A stretch of DNA of 64,000 bases, taken from an uncultured Bifidobacterium sp. GTDB taxonomy: Bacteria > Acidobacteriota > Vicinamibacteria > Vicinamibacterales > CAVVIG01. The DNA is taken from contig CAYLTD010000008.1 in assembly GCA_964386715.1 (NCBI GenBank), forward strand, positions 57,123 to 121,122, read 5' to 3'. Made by a program: the position numbers and the translations under genes. The notes beneath the pieces were generated by a model. It made no database searches. It saw only the letters and a list, made by a program, of their open reading frames with translations, and was not told the DNA's origin. Numbering within the stretch: position 1 is the stretch's first letter; each line of letters starts with the position of its first letter. Positions 46,101 through 53,750 of this stretch are shown here, piece by piece.

Positions 46101-46424
46101 TATGCACCTGAGGGCCAGCGGACGATCACGAACTGGTTCAACCGCGACGCCGTGATCATCCCGACCGACCCGAGCCAGCCGTTCGGCAACGCGCCGCGCA
46201 ACAGCGTGCGCGGACCGCTCTTCTGGCAGGTGGACGCGGCTGCCAGCAAGCAGCTGTCGCTGACGGGACGCGTCAAGGTGGAGTTCCGCATCGAGGCGTT
46301 CAACCTGCTCAACCGCACCAACTTCCGTCCGCCGAACGCGAACCGCAGTTCGAATGCGTTCGGGACCATCACGTCCACCTACGATCCGCGGCAGCTGCAG
46401 CTCGGCTTCAAGCTGCTCTGGTAA
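43176..46424 (+). CDS. TonB-dependent receptor with carboxypeptidase-regulatory-like N-terminal domain
   Basis: Signal peptide (ASAPAWAQ) followed by GAVLGTVRDSSGGVLPGATVTL. 1082 aa. C-terminal LQLGFKLLW. Confidence 0.9.
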   Translation: MSLFRSILATLLVLASAPAWAQFDTGAVLGTVRDSSGGVLPGATVTLRSVDTGISATRTSDEGGNYEFPTVRTGTYTVTTELQGFSTRAMTGIKVDIGARERVDVELGVGIVSEAVSVVASAPLLETDTSQRGQVITGEQTQALPLNGRQYSSLALLTTGVRLSFSFAAGNTPREGSFNVNGLRSTFNNFMIDGVDNNAYGTSNQGFSNQVMQPPPEAVSEFKVVTNNMSAEYGRAAGATINVVYRSGTNQFHGTGWEFLRDTSMNATGFFRPATGKPELRRNQFGGVLGGPILQNRAFFFGDYEGFIQDQRVTSFATIASNTQRQGILPVAVRDPRTGVVYDAGTPLPMTTFAQRVFSGLPSAAAATPNNFSVLQEFTNDTHKAGGKVDMQVQPGLSAFGRYGWRDLKTFDQPVLPLPAGGDGNGTIYSRNHQVALGTTWVPSPSSLFEVRFGVSKTEAGKDPPSLGAASALDAFGLAGLPSDARIAGGLPTQIVTGYTTLGRQATNPQWQYPTVYNPKVNYTWLAGTHSLKSGYEFQRINTQVQDVNPLYGRDSYSGQFSRPAGAAASNIYNLADFMLGLRSQYALSNVLVANVRQNMHFLYLQDDWRLRDGLTLNLGLRYEYATPQWERDNILSNFDPVARTMVPARDGSMRDRSTINPDRNNVGPRLGFAWTFAENTVARGGYGVSYVHFNRAGGGNLLPINGPQVINAVVNQGPADPTFRPTEQGYPAGLTDPSRFDPLTANITYMPEDYRSSQVQSWFVSVQRQFGRGILVDLAYVGNRADDQLLFANFNQAVPNNAAGTLSLQARRPIPTYSDITYAFNGGKSRYRAFQAKFQWRYHTDVSVLSSLTLSEAKDNGAGSLENPNGNFPAPQDFRNLDADFGLSAYHQPYNSTTSVIWSLPFGRGKRWGGGVSPAMDGLVGGWQLAFINSVLAGETATFTYTPTNAFLVSGIQQDFRGANNYRPNVVGDPYAPEGQRTITNWFNRDAVIIPTDPSQPFGNAPRNSVRGPLFWQVDAAASKQLSLTGRVKVEFRIEAFNLLNRTNFRPPNANRSSNAFGTITSTYDPRQLQLGFKLLW

Positions 46425-46428
46425 GCCG

Positions 46429-46464
46429 GCGCGTCGCCGGTCGCCCGTCGGACCGGCGACGCGC
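46429..46464 (+). terminator. perfect 14-bp hairpin after the TBDR stop
   Basis: GCGCGTCGCCGGTC (46429..46442) pairs with GACCGGCGACGCGC (46451..46464). 8-nt loop, no U-tract. Confidence 0.6.
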
Positions 46465-46611
46465 TCCCGTCCTGCAGAGAAGCACGAGCACCCATCCCCA
46501 AGGGCGCGTCGCCACCCCGAAGGCGCATCGCCACTGCTCGCGCAGACCACGCCCCCGCCTCTCGCGTCTAAGGGTGCGGGGCGCCCATGCTGCGCCTCGC
46601 AGGAGTCTTCC

Positions 46612-47139
46612 ATGACCAACCGTACTGCCGTGGTGTCCCTCGTCTGTGCCGTGCTGACCGTCCCAGGCGCCGCGATCGCCCAGGAGGGCCACGCCCCCAC
46701 GTCACCGTCGCGCGTCGAGGTGACTCCCTACGTCTCGTTGGGCTCGGCGACCTCCTGGGGTGTCGGCGGCGCCGTGCGATGGCCTGTAATGGGTGCTCTC
46801 AGCGTCGAGCTGGACACGAGCTTCCGGCGGGCCGAGATCGCCGCGCTGAACGTGAGCGCCAACCTCGTGTACGACGTTGCCACCGCGGGGCGAGTGACGC
46901 CGTACGTCGCGGCCGGCATCGGCCTGGATCAATATGGCACGCCTGAACTGACCGAGACGGGCGTGAGATCGCGAGCTCGCACCGGCGTGGCCGTGAATGC
47001 CGGCGGCGGTGTCCGCGTTCGAGCCGACGAGAACTGGGGGGTCAGAACCGACGCGCGCTGGGTCAATGGCCTTGGCAGCAGGTCGGGCGAGCGATGGCGT
47101 GCGTACAGCGGCGTGACGTTCCGCCCATCCGGACGCTAG
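46612..47139 (+). CDS. small outer-membrane beta-barrel protein (OmpW/porin-family-like)
   Basis: Start at ATG 46612 after AGGAG. Signal peptide ending AIAQE. Alternating beta-strand pattern. C-terminal YSGVTFR. Confidence 0.65.
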   Translation: MTNRTAVVSLVCAVLTVPGAAIAQEGHAPTSPSRVEVTPYVSLGSATSWGVGGAVRWPVMGALSVELDTSFRRAEIAALNVSANLVYDVATAGRVTPYVAAGIGLDQYGTPELTETGVRSRARTGVAVNAGGGVRVRADENWGVRTDARWVNGLGSRSGERWRAYSGVTFRPSGR

Positions 47140-47190
47140 GCGCGGCGGCGTCCCGTACACAGGCGCGGCGGCGTCCCGTGCACAGGCGCG
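47138..47190. repeat. 23-bp tandem repeat (2.3 copies)
   Basis: AGGCGCGGCGGCGTCCCGTACAC, then AGGCGCGGCGGCGTCCCGTGCAC, then AGGCGCG. Lies in a convergent intergenic region. Confidence 0.8.
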
Positions 47191-47213
47191 CCTCCCGGGC
47201 GCGGTATCGCGAC

Positions 47214-47456
47214 TCAGGAGGCGTGCGGCAGCCGCATGGGCGCACCCGACGCCCGGCGCAGGAACGCGCCGGCGGTCGTCTGCACGAGGAACCCGCGCGC
47301 AACGAGTGCCGCCATCGCGCGGTCACACAGGTCGGCGGGCAGTCCGCACAGGCGCCGCGCCTGGGCCGAGGTCAGCTTCAGGTCCGGCATCTCGAGGTAT
47401 TCCATCGCCAGCCGCAGGGCGGCGGCTTCCAGCATCTCGCTTCCGCTGTTCATCAC
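47214..47456 (-). CDS. small hypothetical protein, winged-helix-like
   Basis: 79-80 aa; GTG 47456 or ATG 47453, preceded by GAGGA. LTSAQARRLCGLPADLCDRAMAALVARGFLV looks like a wHTH recognition segment. Confidence 0.5.
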   Translation of the reverse strand: MMNSGSEMLEAAALRLAMEYLEMPDLKLTSAQARRLCGLPADLCDRAMAALVARGFLVQTTAGAFLRRASGAPMRLPHAS

Positions 47457-47592
47457 GTCCTCAGATCCATCCCCTGCCGGGAAGCGGCTGATGACCGCCC
47501 GGTGAGCGGCGAAACGTCCTGGGGAACGAGCAGGCCGGTCATACGCCGTCCACTGTCCCCCGTTTCACCGTCCACCGGCCGGCCATCGAACC

Positions 47593-48339
47593 TCACGCGG
47601 CCCACGATCCGTTCCGGTAGAGCGTCAGGGCGACATCGACATTGGCGCGCAGGGCGGCCGCGATGGCGTCCCAGTGTTTCTCGCAGCGCAGGAGCGTCTT
47701 CCACGAGTACAGGTGCTTCGCCTTGTGGAAGTCGCTGTTGGCGACATACGGGTAGTGCTTGAGGCTGGTCACCGAGAACAGGTCGTCGCGGTTCGCCGCC
47801 TCCCACACGTCGACCAGGTCGACGAGTTTCCTGCGGTTGTCCCACAGGAAGCAGGTGCTGATCTCGATGCGCCGGGTGGTCCGGTGATGAGGATGGCAGG
47901 CGATGCTCAGCGCGCCCTGCCGCCGGATCTCCTCGAGGATCTCGCGCGCCGGCTGGTCCGCGCTGATCCACTCCTTGATGCCGAGCGCGATGATGTGCGA
48001 GTTCTTGCGGCTGCGGAAGTGGTTCTGCGTGACCTCGGCTCCAGGAATCACGAGCAGGTCGTACAGCTTCCTCGCGCGCTTCGCCTCGGCGTGAATCTCC
48101 TCCAGGTAGGCGTCGAACCGCTCCCGGGTCACCGAGAAATGTCGGCGGCCGAGCGACATCAGGCGCCCCGCGCGCCCCAGCACGTCGCGCTGCATCAGGA
48201 TGTGGTCGGTGATCGCGATGACATCGAAGCGGCCGGTCGAGCCGTACAGGTCCACCACCTCGCGCAGCGACAGGCGGCCGTCGCTCCACGACGTGTGCAC
48301 GTGGAAGTCGCAGAGCAGGAATGGCTCGTAGCCCGGCAT
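47593..48339 (-). CDS. PHP-domain metal-dependent phosphoesterase
   Basis: CDFHVHTSWSDG, IAITDH and ACHPHH motifs. Starts 1 nt after the GT2 stop. Confidence 0.8.
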   Translation of the reverse strand: MPGYEPFLLCDFHVHTSWSDGRLSLREVVDLYGSTGRFDVIAITDHILMQRDVLGRAGRLMSLGRRHFSVTRERFDAYLEEIHAEAKRARKLYDLLVIPGAEVTQNHFRSRKNSHIIALGIKEWISADQPAREILEEIRRQGALSIACHPHHRTTRRIEISTCFLWDNRRKLVDLVDVWEAANRDDLFSVTSLKHYPYVANSDFHKAKHLYSWKTLLRCEKHWDAIAAALRANVDVALTLYRNGSWAA

Positions 48340-48340
48340 G

Positions 48341-49072
48341 TCAGGCCCTCACGTCCACATGGGTCCGGTCGGAAGGACGGTGGCGGAGGATCTCCGACCA
48401 GAAGTTCCGCACGTAGAGCCCGAACACCTGTCGCTTGCCCATCGCGCGATACCGCCGTGCCGACGTCCACACCCAGCACTCACCGGCCAGTTCCACGCGG
48501 CCCACCGGCGTCAGCCGGCGCCCCAGATTGGTGTCCTCGCCGTGGAACTCGATCGAGCAGTCGAACCCGCCGATAGCGGCCAGCGCCTCGCGACGGACCG
48601 CGAAGTTGCCGCCGTACAACACCGCCCCCAGCCCCAGCACGCGGTGCACGAGCGCGTGCGTCGGCGGCGCGACCAGCACGTCGTAGAGCCGAATCAGCGC
48701 GCGGCCCAGCAGGTCCCAGTCGTAGAAGCGGTAGGGGCCGGTCACCGCGACGGCGGCGGGACGTTGCCCGAGTCGTGCGACCACCCGCTCGAGCCACACC
48801 GGCGGCACGCGGCAGTCCGCGTCCACGTAGGCCAACAGGTCACCGGTCGACGCCCGACGCCCCGCTTCGCGGGCGATCACCAGCCCCTTGCGCGGCTCGT
48901 CCACCACCGTGATGCCGGGAATCGCGCGTGCCACGGCGCCGGTCGCATCCGTGCTGGCGTTGTTCACGACGACGATCTCGTCCGGAAGCCGTGTCTGGGA
49001 GAGGAGGGAATGCAGGCAGGCGGGCAGGTAGTGCGCTTCGTTGAAGGCGCACACGATCACGCTCACCCGCAT
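48341..49072 (-). CDS. family 2 glycosyltransferase
   Basis: VSVIVCAFNEAHYLPACLHSLLSQT, a DxD-like YVDADC motif and GGNFAVRREAL. Confidence 0.9.
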   Translation of the reverse strand: MRVSVIVCAFNEAHYLPACLHSLLSQTRLPDEIVVVNNASTDATGAVARAIPGITVVDEPRKGLVIAREAGRRASTGDLLAYVDADCRVPPVWLERVVARLGQRPAAVAVTGPYRFYDWDLLGRALIRLYDVLVAPPTHALVHRVLGLGAVLYGGNFAVRREALAAIGGFDCSIEFHGEDTNLGRRLTPVGRVELAGECWVWTSARRYRAMGKRQVFGLYVRNFWSEILRHRPSDRTHVDVRA

Positions 49073-49263
49073 CAGTCGGCCCGCTCCACGCCGACAAGGT
49101 TATGGGCGCGGTGTAACGGATCGGCGGCGCGGATCGGTCAGTGGTGCAAACTCTTTGCGCCCCCCGACGTGAGGCGCGTCGACGTCGGGCGCGGCCCTTC
49201 GGCTGGCGGGGTCGATCGTCAGCCGGGATTCGGGCGCAGGCGCGCCAGGCCCGCGGATGCGGG

Positions 49264-49725
49264 CTACTGCGAGGTCTTGTCGATCGGGGCGAGAACGATG
49301 TACCAGCTCTCGCAGTCCATGGTGGAACCTCCGCCCATCGCGACCGTGAAGCGGAGGTTCAGCGACGGGATCTCCCATTCCCGGCGGGCGCGGGTGCCCT
49401 CCATCGGGACGCGGTAGGGCTTGAGCAGGTTCTCGGGCTGATCGTGTTCCCGGTGCTCGTCCTGCACGCCCTTGAAGATTGCGAACTCGCGCCTCGGGCC
49501 GAGGTGCACCTCGAACTGCGGCACGCCGTTCACGTAGTGGTCGTAAATCTTCTCGGCGTACCGGCCGTCACGCTGCTGGCACGACTGCCAGTTTCCCTCG
49601 AGGATGTTGCGGGGATCGCTGGTGTACGAGATCCACTCCTGGGCGGAGGCTGCGGGCGGACGCAGCAGTGTCAGCAGCGCGAGCATGCCTGCGGTCACGA
49701 GCGCCTGAGACAGCGGACGACCCAC
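49264..49725 (-). CDS. hypothetical secreted protein
   Basis: GTG start after GGGAGGGAG. Signal peptide ending ASAQE. No recognised domain. A hairpin at 49163..49189 lies downstream. Confidence 0.65.
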   Translation of the reverse strand: MGRPLSQALVTAGMLALLTLLRPPAASAQEWISYTSDPRNILEGNWQSCQQRDGRYAEKIYDHYVNGVPQFEVHLGPRREFAIFKGVQDEHREHDQPENLLKPYRVPMEGTRARREWEIPSLNLRFTVAMGGGSTMDCESWYIVLAPIDKTSQ

Positions 49726-49855
49726 GACGTAGCTCCCTCCCGGGACGCGGCCCGACTAGGGGCGCAGAATACCACGCACCTCATCGGCCCGTAACCCAGA
49801 TTTAACAGCTCCGATACCCCGACGAAACCTGCGCCCGCTAGTGTGAGGGTGCCCC

Positions 49856-50545
49856 ATGCAGAAACACCGCGTGCTCATCGTCGAAGACGAACAGGACATC
49901 GCCGGGTTGATCAAGCACACCCTGGAGCGCAGCGGGAGCGCCGAAGCCGAGATCGTCGGCAGCGGTGATGCGGCGTTGAAGGCGGTGGCCTCGCGCCCTC
50001 CCGACCTGATCATCCTCGACCTCAACCTCCCCGTGCTCAGCGGCCTCGAGGTGTGCCGCCTGCTCCGCGCCCGGTCCGATGCACGACACCTGCCGATCAT
50101 CATGCTGACGGCGAAGAGCAGCGAAACCGACCGGGTGACGGGCCTGGAGCTCGGCGCTGACGACTATGTAACCAAGCCGTTCAGCCTGCGGGAGTTGACG
50201 GCACGCGTGCGCGCGGTCCTGCGCCGCGCCGCGTCGCCTGAAGATCGGCCGGCCGCGACCTACGTCGGCACGCACCTCGTCGCCGACTTCGATGCCGTGT
50301 CGGTGATGGTGGACGGCGAGCAGGTGCGGCTCACGCGTCGCGAATTCGAACTGCTGCGCTACCTCGTGCAGAACAAGAACCGGGTCGTGTCGCGGGATCG
50401 GCTGCTCGAACGGGTGTGGGGCTACGAGCGGCTGGTGGAGACGCGGTCGGTGGACGTCCACGTCGGCCGGCTGCGGCAGAAGCTCGGATCCGCGGGCCGG
50501 CAGATCGAGACGGCGGTCGGGCTCGGCTACAGGTTCATCGACTGA
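49856..50545 (+). CDS. OmpR/PhoB-family response regulator with no adjacent kinase
   Basis: Receiver domain (VLIVEDEQDI, DLIILDLNLP) and GLELGADDYVTKPFSLRELTARVRAVLRR. C-terminal winged helix. Confidence 0.9.
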   Translation: MQKHRVLIVEDEQDIAGLIKHTLERSGSAEAEIVGSGDAALKAVASRPPDLIILDLNLPVLSGLEVCRLLRARSDARHLPIIMLTAKSSETDRVTGLELGADDYVTKPFSLRELTARVRAVLRRAASPEDRPAATYVGTHLVADFDAVSVMVDGEQVRLTRREFELLRYLVQNKNRVVSRDRLLERVWGYERLVETRSVDVHVGRLRQKLGSAGRQIETAVGLGYRFID

Positions 50546-50757
50546 GCCGGCTCGAGGCGCCAGCCGCGCTCGACCAGCTGCGACACTTCGCGCTGGAGCC
50601 TCGCGCGCATGCGTTCGACACGGTGCCAGTCGGAGCAGGTCTCGCGCCAGCGGAGGCGGCGGTCCTCTTCCAGGCTGATCTCCCAGCCGTCGGTGCCCGC
50701 CAGCGCGATCGAATAGCGGCGCACGTGGTCCTCTGACACCAGCTGCAGTTCAAGCAT
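50527..50757 (-). CDS. small hypothetical protein (76 aa), paralog of 57554..57769
   Basis: ATG preceded by GAGGAG. Shares GW-x18-DWHR(V/L)ER-x2-ARL with the other small ORF. Its 3' end overlaps the convergent regulator gene by 19 nt. Confidence 0.5.
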   Translation of the reverse strand: MLELQLVSEDHVRRYSIALAGTDGWEISLEEDRRLRWRETCSDWHRVERMRARLQREVSQLVERGWRLEPAQSMNL

Positions 50758-50876
50758 CGTTCTCCTCGCGGGTAGACGAGGCGATTCTCCCGTACAGCGT
50801 GTTACGGTCTTGTAAATTATCGAGCCAGCACGTGAACCCAGGCTCTGCCGTAAGATGAACGCGGAGGAGCGAAACC

Positions 50877-51311
50877 ATGGCGGAAGCTCAGAACTACAAG
50901 AATCACGGCCGGGTCGTGCCGGTATATCACATCGGCGTCTTCGGAATCCTCGTCGTGAACCTGATCTATGCGGGATACCTGGCGGTGCAGAACGCGGGCA
51001 CCGCATCGGTGATCGGCCTGCTGCTGGCGGTAGGCCTCATCCTCATGTTCTTCTCGGTGCGCGTGCAGATCCTCACGGTGCAGGACCGCGTCATCCGGCT
51101 GGAGATGCGGATGCGGCTGCGGGCGCTGCTGCCGGCGGAGGTCGCTGCGCGGGCGGAACAGCTCCCCGTGAAGCAGCTCGTGGCCCTGCGCTTCGCGAGC
51201 GACGCGGAGCTGCCCGGCCTCGTGGGCGACGTGCTCGCGGGCCAGGTGACGAGCGGCAAGGACATCAAGCTGCGCGTGAAGAACTGGCAGGCGGACTTCC
51301 TGCGCGCGTGA
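50877..51311 (+). CDS. hypothetical membrane protein (2 TM)
   Basis: GGAGGAG RBS. Two hydrophobic helices followed by a charged C-terminal domain. No recognised motif. Confidence 0.65.
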   Translation: MAEAQNYKNHGRVVPVYHIGVFGILVVNLIYAGYLAVQNAGTASVIGLLLAVGLILMFFSVRVQILTVQDRVIRLEMRMRLRALLPAEVAARAEQLPVKQLVALRFASDAELPGLVGDVLAGQVTSGKDIKLRVKNWQADFLRA

Positions 51312-51323
51312 CCGCGCGCGGCG

Positions 51324-51830
51324 TCACTTCCCGAGCAGGCGCAGGATGCCCGGGGTGATGAGCCACACGAGGGTGCCGGGTCGCTGCGGCGGGAGGGCGT
51401 CCACGTCGATCCGGCACACGGCGCCCTTCTTGAACGGCAGGGGCTGGCGGATGCCGGCGAGCTTCGCCGCGAGATCGCCGAGGTCCGGCTCGTGGCCCAC
51501 GAGGGCGAGGCGCCGGCGCCGCCCCTGCTTCTCGAGTTCCGCCAGCACGCCGGCATATGAGCCGCCTGGCGCGAGCGGATCGGCGGTGACGATGGGGGGG
51601 CGGGGCGTGAACGCGCCGGCCACGATCTCCGCGGTCTGCCGAGCACGGACCAGCGGACTGGTGAGTACGACGTCGAGCGCCACACCGGCCCTGACCAGGC
51701 CGTTGGCCGCCTTGCGCATCCGGGCGGTGCCCTCGAGACTCAGCGGCCGCTTGTCGTCGTCGGGCCACTTGTCCCCGCGTTCCTCCGCGATGGCATGACG
51801 AATGAGGTACAGCTCGAACGGTTCCGGCAT
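51324..51830 (-). CDS. sixA: SixA-like phosphohistidine phosphatase (histidine phosphatase superfamily)
   Basis: LYLIRHAIAE (RHA/G motif), PLSLEG, LTSPLVRARQTAEIV and LVGHEPDL. Confidence 0.8.
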   Translation of the reverse strand: MPEPFELYLIRHAIAEERGDKWPDDDKRPLSLEGTARMRKAANGLVRAGVALDVVLTSPLVRARQTAEIVAGAFTPRPPIVTADPLAPGGSYAGVLAELEKQGRRRRLALVGHEPDLGDLAAKLAGIRQPLPFKKGAVCRIDVDALPPQRPGTLVWLITPGILRLLGK

Positions 51831-51947
51831 CCCGGCGTGCTCCTGGTCGATGATCCGCGGCCTGTCGACGGCACATGGCCGCCCGTCGAAGGCAGATTAT
51901 AGTGGGCGTATCCCGGTCCCGTTGACCCGCGTACCGCAGGAACCCCC

Positions 51948-53663
51948 ATGCGCCTGGCTGCCATAGACATCGGCACGAACTCGCTCCACATGATCGTGGT
52001 GCGCGTCCGGCCGGACCTCTCGTTCGAAATCATCGACCGTGAGAAGGAGATGGTGCGCCTGGGCGCCGGCGGGCTCGACGGGCGCGCGCTCACGCCGAAG
52101 GCGATGCAGTCGGCGCTGCAGGTGCTCTCGAAGTTCCGGCGCCTGGCCGAATCGCACCAGGTGGAACGCATCGAGGCGGTGGCGACCAGCGCCGTGCGCG
52201 AGGCCGAGAACGGCGGCGAGTTCCTGAAGGCGATCGTCGACCAGACGGGCATCCGGGCGCGCGTGATCTCGGGCCCCGAAGAGGCCCGCCTGATCCACCT
52301 GGCGGCGTCGTACGGGCTGGGCATCACCGGCGAGGTGACGGTGGCGGTGGACATCGGCGGCGGCAGCGTGGAGATCACGCACGGCACCGGATCGACACTC
52401 GGCGTCGGACGCAGCTTCAAGCTGGGCGTCATCCGGCTGAGCGAGCGCTTCGTCAAGTCGGACCCGATCTCGGCCCGCGACGAGCGGCGGCTGGTCCGGC
52501 ATATCCACACCGAACTCGGGCGTTACCTGAAGGAGATCGCGGCCACCGGCTTCGACCGCGTGATCGGCACGTCGGGCTCGATCCTGAGCGTCGGCACGAT
52601 CGCGGCGGCCGACGAAGATGGCGAGGTGCCGAGCGCCGTGCGCAACCGGCGCGTCTCGGCCAAGCAGATCCACCGCGTGCGCAAGACGCTGTGCGAGAGC
52701 AGCCTGCAGAAGCGCCTGCTCATCCCCGGGCTCGAACCGCGCCGGGCCGACATCGCCGTGGCGGGCGCAATCCTCATCGACACGGTCCTCAAGCGCCTCG
52801 GCGCCGAGGAGATCACGCTGTGCGACATGTCGCTGCGCGAGGGAATCATCCTCGACTACATCGCACGGCACCGCAAGGAGATCGCACAGGCGGAGCAGTA
52901 TCCCGACGTCCGGCGCCGCAGCGTGATCGAACTCGCCGAACGGTGCAACTACGCGGCGGACCACGCGCAGCAGATCGCGAAGATGTCGCTCGCCCTGTTC
53001 GACGCCACGCGCAGCGTGCACGTGCTCACCGACCGCGAGCGCGAGTGGCTGGAGTACGCGGCGCTGCTGCACGATGTGGGGGTCCACATCAGCTACGAGC
53101 GCCACCACAAGCACTCGTACTATCTGATTCGCAACGGCGACCTGCGCGGGTTCGAACCGATCGACGTCGAGACCATTGCGCTGATTGCCCGGTACCATCG
53201 CCGGGCGGTGCCCGAGCGCTCGCACCTCGCCTTCGGCGACCTGCCCAGGAAGCGGCGTCGGGTGGTGCGCGTCCTGTCGTCGATGCTGCGACTCGCCGAG
53301 ACCCTCGACCGCAGTCACGCCCAGCTGGTCACCGGCCTCTCGCTGCGCGACCGCGGCGAGGACATGATCCTCGAACTGCAAACCACGGGTGACGCGGAAC
53401 TCGAGCTGTGGGCCGGGTCGCGGCATGCCGCGCCATTCGAGCGCATGCTGGGCAAGCCGCTGCACATCGAGAGCGTCACGGTGGCGCGCTCCGACGAGGG
53501 CTCCCCCAGCGTCGCTCGTCCGGCGGGGGCCGCCTCGCCGCGCCGCCGCGTGGAACCGCTCGCGCCGCCCGCCCGCGAGTCCGCCGCGGACGCGTCGCGC
53601 GGCCGGGCGATCGCGCTGGTCGGCGGCCGTGGGCGGCGCACGCATCCCAGCGCCCGCGGCTGA
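51948..53663 (+). CDS. ppx: exopolyphosphatase / GppA-family phosphatase with C-terminal HD domain
   Basis: AAIDIGTNSLHMIV, DIGGGSVE and an HD region (LLHDVG). Pro/Arg-rich C-terminal tail. Confidence 0.9.
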   Translation: MRLAAIDIGTNSLHMIVVRVRPDLSFEIIDREKEMVRLGAGGLDGRALTPKAMQSALQVLSKFRRLAESHQVERIEAVATSAVREAENGGEFLKAIVDQTGIRARVISGPEEARLIHLAASYGLGITGEVTVAVDIGGGSVEITHGTGSTLGVGRSFKLGVIRLSERFVKSDPISARDERRLVRHIHTELGRYLKEIAATGFDRVIGTSGSILSVGTIAAADEDGEVPSAVRNRRVSAKQIHRVRKTLCESSLQKRLLIPGLEPRRADIAVAGAILIDTVLKRLGAEEITLCDMSLREGIILDYIARHRKEIAQAEQYPDVRRRSVIELAERCNYAADHAQQIAKMSLALFDATRSVHVLTDREREWLEYAALLHDVGVHISYERHHKHSYYLIRNGDLRGFEPIDVETIALIARYHRRAVPERSHLAFGDLPRKRRRVVRVLSSMLRLAETLDRSHAQLVTGLSLRDRGEDMILELQTTGDAELELWAGSRHAAPFERMLGKPLHIESVTVARSDEGSPSVARPAGAASPRRRVEPLAPPARESAADASRGRAIALVGGRGRRTHPSARG

Positions 53664-53750
53664 AGTCCCGCTCCCGAACGGCCCCCGCAGGCACACGGGT
53701 GTCCGTTACACCGACGTCACGGGGAACCGGTAACGTCCGAACGGAGACCC

